DNA of 64,000 nt. Origin: Bacillota bacterium. GTDB taxonomy: Bacteria; Bacillota; DTU025. Position 1 is the first letter of the stretch, and the number at the start of each line of letters is the position of its first letter. The stretch spans positions 128,001 through 192,000 of the forward strand of contig JBMNJT010000008.1 in assembly GCA_050951805.1 (NCBI GenBank). The letters run 5' to 3'. Below the pieces are notes generated by a model. The model was not told the DNA's origin. It was given only the letters and a program-made list of their open reading frames with translations, and ran no database searches. Both the position numbers and the translations under genes were made by a program. Positions 38,353-48,118 of this stretch are shown here, in pieces.

Positions 38353-39618
38353 TTGGAAGGATTCTGCTTTGTCCACGCGGCAGATCTTCATCTCGATTCG
38401 CCATTTGCAGCGATGAAGGTGGATTCTCCCCGCTTGGCCCAGGCATTTATAGAGGCGTCAAGGGCCTCGCTTCAGGCTTTGATCGACGTATGTATCGGGC
38501 ATAACGCCGATTTTTTGGTTTTGTCGGGAGATGTGTTCGATGCCGAGCGACGGAGCATCAGGGCCCAGCTGGAGCTCTTCGAGGCCCTCTCAAGGCTTGC
38601 CGAGAGAGGGATAGACACATACATGGCATGCGGCAACCACGATGCCTTGTCGGGATGGCGGGCGATCCTGGATTGGCCGGAGGAGGTCCACTTCTTCGGA
38701 GGAGACGAGGTGGAGTCGTTTCCTGTGTCGTGTGGCGGCCGAGTGGCAGCGGTGGTTTCCGGGATCAGCTATGCGCAGCCCGCTGTAACCGACAACCTGG
38801 CCCTCAAGTTCAGGAAGAAGCTAGGAGATCCGTTCACAATTGGGGTTCTCCATGCGAATGTGGGAGGCGACCCGGGGCACGAAAACTATGCTCCGTGCAC
38901 CCTGGCGGACTTGATCTCTACAGGCATTGACTATTGGGCCCTGGGCCATGTGCATTCTCCAAAGGTACTGTCGGATAAGGATCCGATTGTGATTTACCCC
39001 GGCTGTACCCAGGGGAGGAATCCCCGGGAGACTGGGCCTGGCGGATGTTTCGTTGTGCATGTGGGCACTGGAGGACGGGTGGAATACGAATTTGTCCCTG
39101 TGGATGTGATACGTTGGCATGTTCTGGACATCTCTATAGACGGCTTGGCTTGTGTAGGCGATTTGATTGAGGAGGCAAAGGCCGCTATCGGCGGGCTTGC
39201 GCGGGCTTCCGACGGCAGGTCTTGTGCGGTTCGCATCCGTCTGCTCGGGCGCGGTCCGGTCCACCATCAACTTGTTGAAAACGGCGAGGCTATGGATCTT
39301 GTGTCGGCGGTCGTGGAGCCCGCGATGCCCGGAGAACGGTTTGATTGGATCGAATCGATCCAGGATTTCACCAAGCCTGAGGTGGACAGGAAAGCGCTTC
39401 TTTCGGGGGGAAGCTTGATTTCCGACTTTTTAGCTCTGGCAGATGAGGCTGGCTCGGATCTTTCCGGGCTTGAAGGGGTAAAAGAAGTTTTGGTGGGGGA
39501 TCTGGCTCACTCCAAGGCTGCACAGGTCATCAGAGAGATGGATGCTGAGGGGCTTAGGCGAATTGTGGAGAGGGCCGAGTCGATTGGGATCGACCTTCTT
39601 TTGGAGGAGGAGGGGTAG
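38353..39618 (+). CDS. Mre11/SbcD-like DNA repair exonuclease (YhaO-like)
   Basis: HAADLHLDSPF, LSGDVFD, GNHD, GVLH, YAPC, YWALGHVH, YPGCTQGR. Confidence 0.9.
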   Translation: MEGFCFVHAADLHLDSPFAAMKVDSPRLAQAFIEASRASLQALIDVCIGHNADFLVLSGDVFDAERRSIRAQLELFEALSRLAERGIDTYMACGNHDALSGWRAILDWPEEVHFFGGDEVESFPVSCGGRVAAVVSGISYAQPAVTDNLALKFRKKLGDPFTIGVLHANVGGDPGHENYAPCTLADLISTGIDYWALGHVHSPKVLSDKDPIVIYPGCTQGRNPRETGPGGCFVVHVGTGGRVEYEFVPVDVIRWHVLDISIDGLACVGDLIEEAKAAIGGLARASDGRSCAVRIRLLGRGPVHHQLVENGEAMDLVSAVVEPAMPGERFDWIESIQDFTKPEVDRKALLSGGSLISDFLALADEAGSDLSGLEGVKEVLVGDLAHSKAAQVIREMDAEGLRRIVERAESIGIDLLLEEEG

Positions 39619-39621
39619 GGG

Positions 39622-42528
39622 TTGCGCATACGTGAAGTCCACATAGACGGTTACGGGGTCTTTCGTGATCAGCACATCCAAAATCTCGGCGATGGGGTCG
39701 CTCTATTCGTCGGGCCCAACGAGGCGGGCAAGTCCACCTTGATGTCATTTATCCGCGGGGTGTTATTTGGGTTCGATCGGGAGTCTCAAGCAGGCTATTG
39801 TCCGCCTCTTGCAGGAGGCCGCCACGGCGGAAGGCTTGTGGTGCTGATGGACGATGGCGAGGAGAGGGTTGTGCAGCGTTATCTTGAGCGTGGGCAGTCC
39901 CGCAATCCCGCCGATGTTGTGGGCAACATGTCGAAGGCTCTCTACTCCAACGTGTTCGCGTTCGGCCTGTCTGAGCTGGCTTCGTTGGAATCCCTCGGAT
40001 CTGAAGAGGTGCGGGCGAGGATATACAGCGCTGGGGCGGGCCTCGGCACGCGCACCCTTTTCGAGGCGCGCAGGGTTCTCCTCTCCAACCTCGATCGGCT
40101 CTACAAAAGGCAAGGACGGGTGCCGGAGATAAATGCGTTGCTCAGGGAGATTTCGGACTTGGAGAACCTCATTGCACGGCTTGCAGACAAGCCTGCGGAA
40201 TACAACGAGCTTGTTCGTTCAATGGAGCAATTGGCGGCGGAGAGGGAGAGGATCCAGGAGCAGTTGGATAAAGCCAAATTCGAACATCTGTGGTTCATGA
40301 CCCTCAGGGCTACCCGGTCGACGTGGGAACAGTTCTATTCGGCGAGGGCCATATTAGACAGCCTCGAGATGGAAGACGATGATGGCGCATTGGCCAGGAG
40401 GGAGGCGGTTATGGCGCTGGCCCCGAAGATACGCCGCCTCAAGCTGGCACAGGAGAGCATGGTTCAGCTGGTAGACTCCATTCCTGGGCTTGAAGCTGTG
40501 GCGATGGAGCGGCGGCGATCGTTCGAAGAACGCTTGAGGGAGCTGGGCGGGGCGTGGAATGAAGAGGCTGTGGAGTCTTTCGATGTGTCTCCTGGCGTGG
40601 TTGATGAGATTCGGGCTTCACGTAAGCGGATTTCGAGGCAGGATGGAGAAGTGCAGCGCCTTGCGGAGGCGGTTCGAGCTAGGCGCGAGGTTGCGGATGA
40701 GGCCGAATCGAGGCTGGCCAGACAGAGGGAGCGGCTTGAAGAATTCGGGGAGTTGAGTTACGCGACCAGAGACGACATTGTGGCGCGGATCAGCGAGATT
40801 GACAGCGCAGAAGCGATCTTGAGGGAGGTCAGCGTTGCCGAGGTGAGGGCTGAGGCTGCCAAAGGGAACATGGAAGCCGCGCGGATCCGCGTGGAAAACG
40901 CGACGGAGGAGGTGCAGTGGCGTAAGGAAGAAGTTCGCCGGGCGCGAGGCTTTGCCTCCTGGTTGGCCCCTGCCATGGTTGCAGCTTTTTCCCTTTTTGC
41001 CGCTTTCGGAATGGACAGTGGAATGGGTCTGTCCATTGGAGTCGCGGTTTTGGGAATTCTCGGTGCGGCTGCGATTGTCGCGTCGATTCTGAATAGGGCG
41101 GGGGACGCCGGTAAGAAGTTGGAAGCGGCTGTGGAAGCGGCGAGGCAAGCTGATGAGCTTTTCTGTTGCTGCCGGGATCAGTATGCTGCCGCATCGGGCG
41201 AGTTTGCGAGGGCTACTCGCGCATATTCCTCTGCGTGTTTGGGGCTTTTCGGCGAGGAGGATATAGACGGGGTCAGGCTGGTGCGGGAGAGGGAGGCGGC
41301 CAGGGGCGACTTGGCAGCATGGGATGAAATGGCTCGGTTGCGGCGCGAGTGCGAACAGGCGGAGAGGGATTGGGAGCGGGCGCAGGACGAATGGAGGAAG
41401 GCTGAAGAGGCGCACAGGGTGTGCCTGGATGAACTGGAGCGTCTGTGGGAGGAATGGCGAACCTGGATGAGGGCGCGGGGGATTGATCCCACCTTTGGCC
41501 ATGATGCGGCAGAGAGGACGATAGATGCTGTTCGCGATGTTGCGCGGGCGCGGCAAGACATGATCGATGCCAGGATGAGGCTGAAGGATGCGAGGGAACG
41601 CGCCAGGAGGCATGCGGCTGAAGTGAACGAGGTCGCGAGATCGCTGGGGCTGCCGGGGACGGATGTGGATGGTGCATTGGTTGTTGTAGACGAGCTCGTT
41701 GCAATGGTGGAACAGGTCGAGGCGGATCAGGAGAAGAGGGTGCGGGCGCGAGCGGTGGTGAACGAGCTTGCTGCGCAATTCGGTTCGGCCTTTCCCTCCA
41801 ATGATCTCCAGCGTGCTGAGGAATATCACCTGTTGCATACGGCCCAAGAGATAGCCGACTTGTGCGATGATGCCGAAAGCCGTCGTCAGGCTTTGGAGTC
41901 GGAACTGAAGAAGCTTGCGGAAGAGCAGGGGCGAAAGGCTGAAAAGAGGCGGCTCATGGAGCATGATGACGAGATCGCCATCGCCTGTTTAGAGCTGGAG
42001 TCGGCCAAGAGAAGGCTTGCGACGCAGGTAGAGGAATGGGCGGCTTATAGGCTATGTCTTGAATTGATCGATGAGGCGTGTGAAAAGTATGAGCGAGAAA
42101 GGCAGCCACAGGTGCTTCGCGACGCGTCGGAAGCTCTAGCCCGGATGACCGGGGGACGGTGGCAGTCTGCCATAGCGCGGGTATCGGGCCTCGATTCCCT
42201 CGATGTGGTGGATGACAATGGCAGGGCATTGCCCCATACTGCGCTTAGCTGCGGAACTGAGCAGCAGCTCTACTTGGCGGTCAGATGCGGCCTGGTTAGG
42301 GAATACTGCTCCCATGCTCAATCGATGCCAGTGATGATCGATGAGGCGCTTGTCAATTTCGATCCCGAGCGAGCTGAGGCGGCTGCACGTGTTCTGGCGG
42401 ATCTTGCAGATGTCACTCAAATTCTGGTCTTCACGTGTCATCCGTACATGGCAGAATGCTTCAGGAGCACGGGCAGGGTGACGGCCCAATTCGAGCTGGA
42501 TGGTGCCGAGATTAGGCCGCTTGCTTGA
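39622..42528 (+). CDS. AAA_27 SMC/Rad50-like ATPase (YhaN-like)
   Basis: GPNEAGKST, long coiled coils, LSCGTEQQLYLAVR, MIDEALVNFD, FTCH; a central hydrophobic hairpin. Confidence 0.88.
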   Translation: MRIREVHIDGYGVFRDQHIQNLGDGVALFVGPNEAGKSTLMSFIRGVLFGFDRESQAGYCPPLAGGRHGGRLVVLMDDGEERVVQRYLERGQSRNPADVVGNMSKALYSNVFAFGLSELASLESLGSEEVRARIYSAGAGLGTRTLFEARRVLLSNLDRLYKRQGRVPEINALLREISDLENLIARLADKPAEYNELVRSMEQLAAERERIQEQLDKAKFEHLWFMTLRATRSTWEQFYSARAILDSLEMEDDDGALARREAVMALAPKIRRLKLAQESMVQLVDSIPGLEAVAMERRRSFEERLRELGGAWNEEAVESFDVSPGVVDEIRASRKRISRQDGEVQRLAEAVRARREVADEAESRLARQRERLEEFGELSYATRDDIVARISEIDSAEAILREVSVAEVRAEAAKGNMEAARIRVENATEEVQWRKEEVRRARGFASWLAPAMVAAFSLFAAFGMDSGMGLSIGVAVLGILGAAAIVASILNRAGDAGKKLEAAVEAARQADELFCCCRDQYAAASGEFARATRAYSSACLGLFGEEDIDGVRLVREREAARGDLAAWDEMARLRRECEQAERDWERAQDEWRKAEEAHRVCLDELERLWEEWRTWMRARGIDPTFGHDAAERTIDAVRDVARARQDMIDARMRLKDARERARRHAAEVNEVARSLGLPGTDVDGALVVVDELVAMVEQVEADQEKRVRARAVVNELAAQFGSAFPSNDLQRAEEYHLLHTAQEIADLCDDAESRRQALESELKKLAEEQGRKAEKRRLMEHDDEIAIACLELESAKRRLATQVEEWAAYRLCLELIDEACEKYERERQPQVLRDASEALARMTGGRWQSAIARVSGLDSLDVVDDNGRALPHTALSCGTEQQLYLAVRCGLVREYCSHAQSMPVMIDEALVNFDPERAEAAARVLADLADVTQILVFTCHPYMAECFRSTGRVTAQFELDGAEIRPLA

Positions 42529-42753
42529 GGTTTCGGTCTGCTTAGGGGACTGCTATTTGTCCCTTGGTCCGACCCCAACATGCCTTGTCAGACTGGAGCT
42601 ACATTCACATCACATGATCGGTACAAAGACCAAACCTTGCCACAGGTGTGCATATATGTGGCAATCACTATCACTGAGCAGATCGGTTTCTCCTGGGTGA
42701 AGCCGCTTCTTTCGACGATGCCATAAGAGGCAATGAGTATTGATGGGGAAGGG

Positions 42754-44343
42754 ATGGAGACAGTGTTGAAACGGGTATTGACCGCTGGCTTGGTCGCAAG
42801 CCTCTTGTGCTTGGCGTTTGCTGCTTCGGCTGCTGCTTCTCTCTTGCCGTTTGATCCTGAATGGACTGCGGCTGAGGTGGGCTACTTAGTGGCGGCGGGC
42901 GCAGAAGTTAATGCAAGGGATGAGAATGGTTGGACGCCCTTGATGTTTGCAGCAGCATGGGCGGACATTGAGACCGTTTCCGTGTTGTTCGAGGCGGGTG
43001 CAGATGTAAATGCCAGTTCAACTAGTGGTTGGACGGCACTGATGTCTGCAATGGCATGTGGCAACTGGCCTCAAGTGGTTGGGGAATTCAGGTTGGTGGG
43101 CCTAGAAGACGATTGGTCTTGGGACTGGGGTGACGAGGATGCCGGTGATGACTGGGGCTGGGATGATTGGTGGGACGATGACGACGATTGGGAATGGGAC
43201 GACGAAGAGGACTGGTCTTGGGAGAACTGGTATGACGATGATGAAGACTGGCCAGAAGAGGCAGCTTCACCATGGCGCGAACCGAATCCCCTGGTTATTA
43301 GGTCGCTGGTAGCTGCGGGTGCTGACGTGAACGTGTGCACAGAGGATGGCTGGACGCCGCTGATGATCGCAGTATTGTGCAATGCTGATTGTGAAATCGT
43401 CGAGGACCTGATTGCGGCGGGCGCCGAAGTGAATGCAAGAAACGAATTTGGCCAGACGCCATTGATACTTGCAGTAGAGAATGATACGGACATTGAAGTC
43501 GTTGCTGAGCTCATCGGCGCAGGCGCTAGGGTTAACGCGAAGACGAAAGATGGCATGACGCCTCTGATGCTTGCGGTACATAATGACTGTCCGGATACTA
43601 TTAGGCTGCTTGTGGCTGCTGGTGCTTGTGCAAATGCAGAAGGCAAAGATGGTGGGACCCCGTTGATGCATGCGGCGAGATTTAACCCAAATCCTGACGT
43701 CATTGATATACTTATCCAAGCAGGTGCTCGCGTGAATCACAGAGGGATAGATGGACTAACTCCGCTTATGTTTGCGACTTTCAACGTGAACCCTGACGTA
43801 TTCAGTCTGCTGATAGCGGCCGGTGCTGATGTGAATGCAAGGGATGATGAGGGATGGACTCCGCTAATGTTTGCAGCAGCAGGCAGCATGAATCATACCG
43901 CGATTACTTCGCTTCTGAGAGCAGACACCAACGTGAATGCACGAACGGTGGACGGTATTACGGCTCTGATGATTGCAGCTGCCGAAACAGAGGATGTAGA
44001 AGTCGTCAGGACATTGATAGCCGCAGGCGCCGACGTGAATGCAAAGGACATGTGTGGGTGGACACCGCTAATGTACGCGGCCTTCAACGTGGACCCAAAG
44101 GTGATAGCGGTGCTCGTTGCGGCAGGCGCTCACGTAAATGACAGGAATGTGGAGGGCTTCACGACGCTAATGATAGCAGCAGATTGCTGCGAGAACCCTG
44201 AAGTCATCCTTGCGCTGCTCGAAGCAGGTGCCGACGGCAAATTGAAGTCGGGAGAAGGAAAAACAGCCTTCGACTATGCGAATGACAACGAGATAATCAA
44301 AGGCACCAATGTATATTGGCTTCTCAATGATGCACGGTTTTGA
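42754..44343 (+). CDS. Secreted ankyrin-repeat protein with a Trp/Asp-rich insertion
   Basis: Signal peptide (LASLLCLAFAASAAA-like); about 11-12 G.TPLM.AA...L...GA.VNA repeats; ends YWLLNDARF. Confidence 0.92.
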   Translation: METVLKRVLTAGLVASLLCLAFAASAAASLLPFDPEWTAAEVGYLVAAGAEVNARDENGWTPLMFAAAWADIETVSVLFEAGADVNASSTSGWTALMSAMACGNWPQVVGEFRLVGLEDDWSWDWGDEDAGDDWGWDDWWDDDDDWEWDDEEDWSWENWYDDDEDWPEEAASPWREPNPLVIRSLVAAGADVNVCTEDGWTPLMIAVLCNADCEIVEDLIAAGAEVNARNEFGQTPLILAVENDTDIEVVAELIGAGARVNAKTKDGMTPLMLAVHNDCPDTIRLLVAAGACANAEGKDGGTPLMHAARFNPNPDVIDILIQAGARVNHRGIDGLTPLMFATFNVNPDVFSLLIAAGADVNARDDEGWTPLMFAAAGSMNHTAITSLLRADTNVNARTVDGITALMIAAAETEDVEVVRTLIAAGADVNAKDMCGWTPLMYAAFNVDPKVIAVLVAAGAHVNDRNVEGFTTLMIAADCCENPEVILALLEAGADGKLKSGEGKTAFDYANDNEIIKGTNVYWLLNDARF

Positions 44344-44571
44344 ACATGCATTGAGACAGCATGCTTGATAGCAAATGGATTCTCTCGCATGCGGGATGTT
44401 CGATGTAATAAGTAGCTTCGAAGAAGTACTTGGGTGATCCCAAATAGCTAGGGCTGAGCGCCAGGCGGTACAGCGGTATTTGGCATTTGCCCAGAGCCAT
44501 TACCGGCCAATTGGGGAGAGTACGGATCCGCAAGGGCTCGATGATAGTGCAGAAACTTTTCGAAGCTTACT

Positions 44572-44778
44572 TAGAGGATCCCCCTTCAGCGTGATAGGGG
44601 AGATCCTTCTGCGCCGATCTTTGACGCTGCCGGAAAGAATGGGATAGCAGAATCAACATGTCTTCTTGTTCTTCAACGGAAAAGACCGATCGTCTCCGTG
44701 GCGTCTCACGAGGATGCAAGGACGCGACCGGTTCCATTGCCTATCTTGCCCGGTGATCGGCTCTACTTTGGCCGCAGG
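44572..44778. repeat. Diverged direct-repeat copy 1 (oadB 5' region plus ymaF 3' end)
   Basis: TAGAGGATCC...TTCTGCGCCGATCT...CTCCGTGGCGT...GATCGG.TCTACTTTGGCCGCAGG, shared in order with 46137-46359. Confidence 0.8.
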
Positions 44779-44976
44779 TGCCGACGGGAATTTGCAAGAC
44801 GAAGACGGCTGGACCGCGCTGATGATCGCAGCCGCATATTGCGATAACCCAGATGTCATCCTTGTGTTGCTTGAAGCGGACGCTGACGGCAAGCTGAAGT
44901 CAAAGGACAGGATGACAGCTTTCGACTACGCGAGGGAACTGACGTGTACTAGCTCCTCAACGAGGCGCGATTCTGA
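44771..44976 (+). pseudogene. Remnant of a second ankyrin gene (C-terminal fragment only)
   Basis: AAGADGNLQDEDGWTALMIAAAYCDNPDVILVLLEADADGKLKSKDRMTAFDYA...DVY*LLNEARF*, paralleling the end of 42754-44343; no start codon or RBS. Confidence 0.85.
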
Positions 44977-45004
44977 CGATTCCACGGCTGCGCATCGTTT
45001 GCAC

Positions 45005-46135
45005 CTAGCCAAATATCGCCATCATGACCCCCGCGGCCACTGCTGATGCTATCTGCCCTGCTACGTTGGCGCCCATGGCATGCATCAAGAGGTGGTTGTT
45101 GGGGTCTTCTTCAAGTCCTACTTGCTGGCAGACGCGGGCGGCCATTGGGACTGCAGATATGCCGGCTGCGCCTATGAGCGGGTTGACCTTGCCTCCGGAG
45201 AGTTTATACATGAGCTTGCCCAGGAATACGCCGCAAGCTATGCCGGCAGAGAAGGCAAATAGGCCTAGAAATAGAATCTGCAAAGTCTTTACCGACAGGA
45301 ATTTTTCGGCTGTGGCTGAGGATCCCACGGCCAGACCGAGGAAGATTGTGACTATGTTCGTCAGTTCGTTTTGGGCGGTTTTGTTCAGGCGTTCAACTGC
45401 CCCTGATTCGCGAAAGAGGTTGCCGATCATGAGCGAGCCTATTAGCCCTGCGGTGGACGGCAGAAGAAGTGCTGAAACTACGGTTGTGATTATGGGAAAG
45501 AGTATCCTTTCCGCTTTTGATACGGGACGGGACTGTGTCATGATGACCGAACGTTCTTCCTTTGTGGTGAGGCCCCGCATTATGGGCGGCATGATGATCG
45601 GCACGAGGGCCATGTAGGAGTAGGCGGCTACGGCAACGGGTCCTAACATGTGAGGGGCAAACTTGGAAGTGATGTAGATCGAAGTTGGACCGTCTGCGGC
45701 GCCTATCACTCCGACGCATGCCGACTCGAGCGGTTCGAACCCAAGCAGTAATGATACGAAGAAGGTAATGAATATTCCCGATTGCGCCGCTGCCCCCAGC
45801 AGCATTGTGGAGGGGTTGGCCAGCAGTGGCCCGAAGTCGGTCATCGCTCCGACCCCGAAGAAGACGAGCAAGGGGTAGAGCCCTGTCTCGGCGCCGAAAT
45901 TAAGGTAGTACAGGAGCCCACCAGGGGTGTCGCCTGTAGGCGGAGACGTAAGGCCTGTTGCGGGAAGGTTGGCCAGCAACATCCCGAAGGATATGGGAAG
46001 AAGCAGCATAGGCTCGAACTTTTTCTCTATCGCCAGGTACATCAGTATCAACGATATCGCGATCATCACCAGGTGTTGCCACCCGAGACTTGCAAAACCC
46101 GTGCTCATAACGAACTCGCTCAGTGCTTCGGCCAA
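45005..46135 (-). CDS. Na+-translocating decarboxylase subunit beta (OadB/GcdB/MmdB family)
   Basis: FEPMLLLPISFG, GVGAMTDFGPL, IGAADGPT, VAAYSYMALVP, GAAGISAVPMAAR, HAMGANVAG. Confidence 0.93.
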   Translation of the reverse strand: MAEALSEFVMSTGFASLGWQHLVMIAISLILMYLAIEKKFEPMLLLPISFGMLLANLPATGLTSPPTGDTPGGLLYYLNFGAETGLYPLLVFFGVGAMTDFGPLLANPSTMLLGAAAQSGIFITFFVSLLLGFEPLESACVGVIGAADGPTSIYITSKFAPHMLGPVAVAAYSYMALVPIIMPPIMRGLTTKEERSVIMTQSRPVSKAERILFPIITTVVSALLLPSTAGLIGSLMIGNLFRESGAVERLNKTAQNELTNIVTIFLGLAVGSSATAEKFLSVKTLQILFLGLFAFSAGIACGVFLGKLMYKLSGGKVNPLIGAAGISAVPMAARVCQQVGLEEDPNNHLLMHAMGANVAGQIASAVAAGVMMAIFG

Positions 46136-46136
46136 C

Positions 46137-46359
46137 TAGAGGATCCTCCTTCAGCTTGACAGGTGTATTCTGCGCCGATCTGCAGCGCTGTCCAGAAGAA
46201 TGTGATAGCAAAGGTATCATGTTCTTTTTTATTCTTCGACAGAAAAGGCCAATCACCTCCGTGGCGTTCACAAGAGAACATGTGGAGGTGATTGGCGGTG
46301 CGTGGCGGCGGTTCCTACCGCCTGTTCTGCCAAAAGATCGGTTCTACTTTGGCCGCAGG
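46137..46359. repeat. Direct-repeat copy 2 (intact oadB upstream region)
   Basis: Partner of 44572-44778; contains the oadB RBS (GAAGGAGG on the minus strand) and the last codons of the YmaF-like gene. Confidence 0.8.
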
Positions 46360-46739
46360 CCGTCCTCTACCCTGGTGTGCATGGCTGTCCAGCGATCGGG
46401 CGAATAGGAGGCGGTGGTTCCTTGCACCTTGTGGCCGTGGGCTCGTATTTCTCTGGTCTGCAGTTCTATTTGGTGGGTATGGTCGATGCTTGTGTCAGAG
46501 GAAGGTCTGGTCCATCCGCGGATCTGGTGAGAGTGTCCGCTGTCATCGAGGTCTGTTTCCCCCAACAACCTGTGGGTATGTCCTCCCGGCCCTGGCCACG
46601 GAGGCCCCGTCACTATGTCGACTCGGTGAACGTGTTCGCTCTCGCTGACCGTGGTCCCGACCACCCTGTGAACGTGATCCCTAAATCCTTCTATGCCAAA
46701 ACTCGTTTTTTCCAGATGAGAAAGCAACTCCTCTAGCAA
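46344..46739 (-). CDS. YmaF-family His-rich protein
   Basis: Repeated HxH-x-(GxT) units: HVHRVVGTT, HVH...TGPP, GHTH, GHSH, DHTH, HGH. Confidence 0.65.
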   Translation of the reverse strand: MLEELLSHLEKTSFGIEGFRDHVHRVVGTTVSESEHVHRVDIVTGPPWPGPGGHTHRLLGETDLDDSGHSHQIRGWTRPSSDTSIDHTHQIELQTREIRAHGHKVQGTTASYSPDRWTAMHTRVEDGLRPK

Positions 46740-46871
46740 GTCCGATCACCTCGCTACATCTTATACTCTTATCACAAGAGGGGTGTTGTGCCCACGGCAC
46801 ACACAGGACAATGGCGCGGAAAGGAGAAATACCAAAGCGTCAAAGATATTCCAGATGGGATGGTGCTTTGT

Positions 46872-48074
46872 ATGGAATACGACTTCGATCAGGTGCTTGA
46901 CAGACGGAATACTAATTGCGAGAAATGGGATTATCTTGAAGAACATTTTGGCAGGGCAGATGTCTTGCCCATGTGGGTTGCGGATATGGATTTCCCTTCT
47001 CCCCCAGAGGTGGTACAGGCTATACAGGAAAGGGCAAAGCATCCGTCATACGGCTACACGGGGACTTCTGATTCCTTTTTCGATTCGATAGTAGGGTGGA
47101 TGGACAGGAGGCACGGATGGGCGATAGAGCGTGAGTGGATCTCGACTACTCCCGGGGTGGTCCCTGGGCTCGCAGCATCAGTCCTTGCTTTTACGGAGCC
47201 AGGCGACAACGTCATTGTGCAGTCTCCGGTATATCCGCCGTTCTTTCGGGTGGTGGAGAACAACGGGAGGAGGCTGCTCAACAACGAACTCGTAAGGGTG
47301 GGAGACCGTTACGAGATGGACTGGGATGACCTGGAGGCGAAGCTCGGCGAAGGGGCCAAGCTCCTCCTGTTGTGCAGTCCGGCCAATCCTGTGGGGAGAG
47401 TCTGGTCAGAGGAAGAGCTGGCGCGCCTTTCGGAAATGTGTGTCGCCCACGGCACCGTGATCGCATCTGACGAGATACACAGCGACATCATTTATTCATG
47501 GGCAAGACACACTCCTTTTGGCGCCCTGAGCCCGGAGGCGGCTGAAAACTCCGTTACCTTTGTGGCTCCAAGTAAGACCTTCAATGTTCCGGGGCTTTCG
47601 ACTTCTGTTGCGATCATACCCGACTCCGACTTGAGGGAGGGTTTCAATCGCATCCTTAGCGGGCTCGGACTCGGAACGAATCTGTTTGGTATTACTGCCC
47701 TGGAAGCTGCGTATACCTACGGAGACCGTTGGCTGGATGACGCCATTGCCTATATTGAGGAGAACCTCAGGTTTATGGTGGAGTTCCTCGGCCGTCAGGT
47801 GCCGGAGATCCGAGTGGTTCCTCCTGAGGGAACATACGTGATATGGCTTGACTGTCGGGGGCTGGGGCTCGATCCCGATGCTTTGCATCGGTTCATGGTA
47901 GAGGAGGCGCGAGTAGGCCTGAGTGACGGGACATTTTTCGGTTCAGGAGGCGAGGGATATCAGCGGATAAACATAGCGTGCCCCAGGCCGATCCTGCGCG
48001 AAGGGCTGGAGCGAATTGCGTCCGCGGCAGTGAGATTGCGGGGCGGAGTGAAGGGCACGAAGACAGGGGCGTAG
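46872..48074 (+). CDS. MalY/PatB family PLP-dependent C-S lyase
   Basis: LPMWVADMDF, PVYPPF, CSPANPVGRVW, SDEIH, APSKTFN, EGTY, RINIAC. Confidence 0.92.
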   Translation: MEYDFDQVLDRRNTNCEKWDYLEEHFGRADVLPMWVADMDFPSPPEVVQAIQERAKHPSYGYTGTSDSFFDSIVGWMDRRHGWAIEREWISTTPGVVPGLAASVLAFTEPGDNVIVQSPVYPPFFRVVENNGRRLLNNELVRVGDRYEMDWDDLEAKLGEGAKLLLLCSPANPVGRVWSEEELARLSEMCVAHGTVIASDEIHSDIIYSWARHTPFGALSPEAAENSVTFVAPSKTFNVPGLSTSVAIIPDSDLREGFNRILSGLGLGTNLFGITALEAAYTYGDRWLDDAIAYIEENLRFMVEFLGRQVPEIRVVPPEGTYVIWLDCRGLGLDPDALHRFMVEEARVGLSDGTFFGSGGEGYQRINIACPRPILREGLERIASAAVRLRGGVKGTKTGA

Positions 48075-48118
48075 GAGGCTCGATGCTGCGGACGCGTGAA
48101 TCATGCCGGGAGGTGAAG

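Noticed and set aside
40618-41964. 448-aa antisense ORF (and similar long antisense ORFs at 2862-3716, 43071-43703 and 57878-58576)
   Set aside because: Shadows of GC-rich sense genes with no motifs.
42880-44280. Periodic 99-102-bp DNA repeats as a CRISPR array
   Set aside because: They are coding ankyrin repeats with synonymous divergence; no spacers or cas genes.
44344-44571. Possible degenerate oadB 5' coding copy (PVMALG...LYRLA versus LVMIAI...LMYLA)
   Set aside because: Similarity is too weak to call without an alignment.
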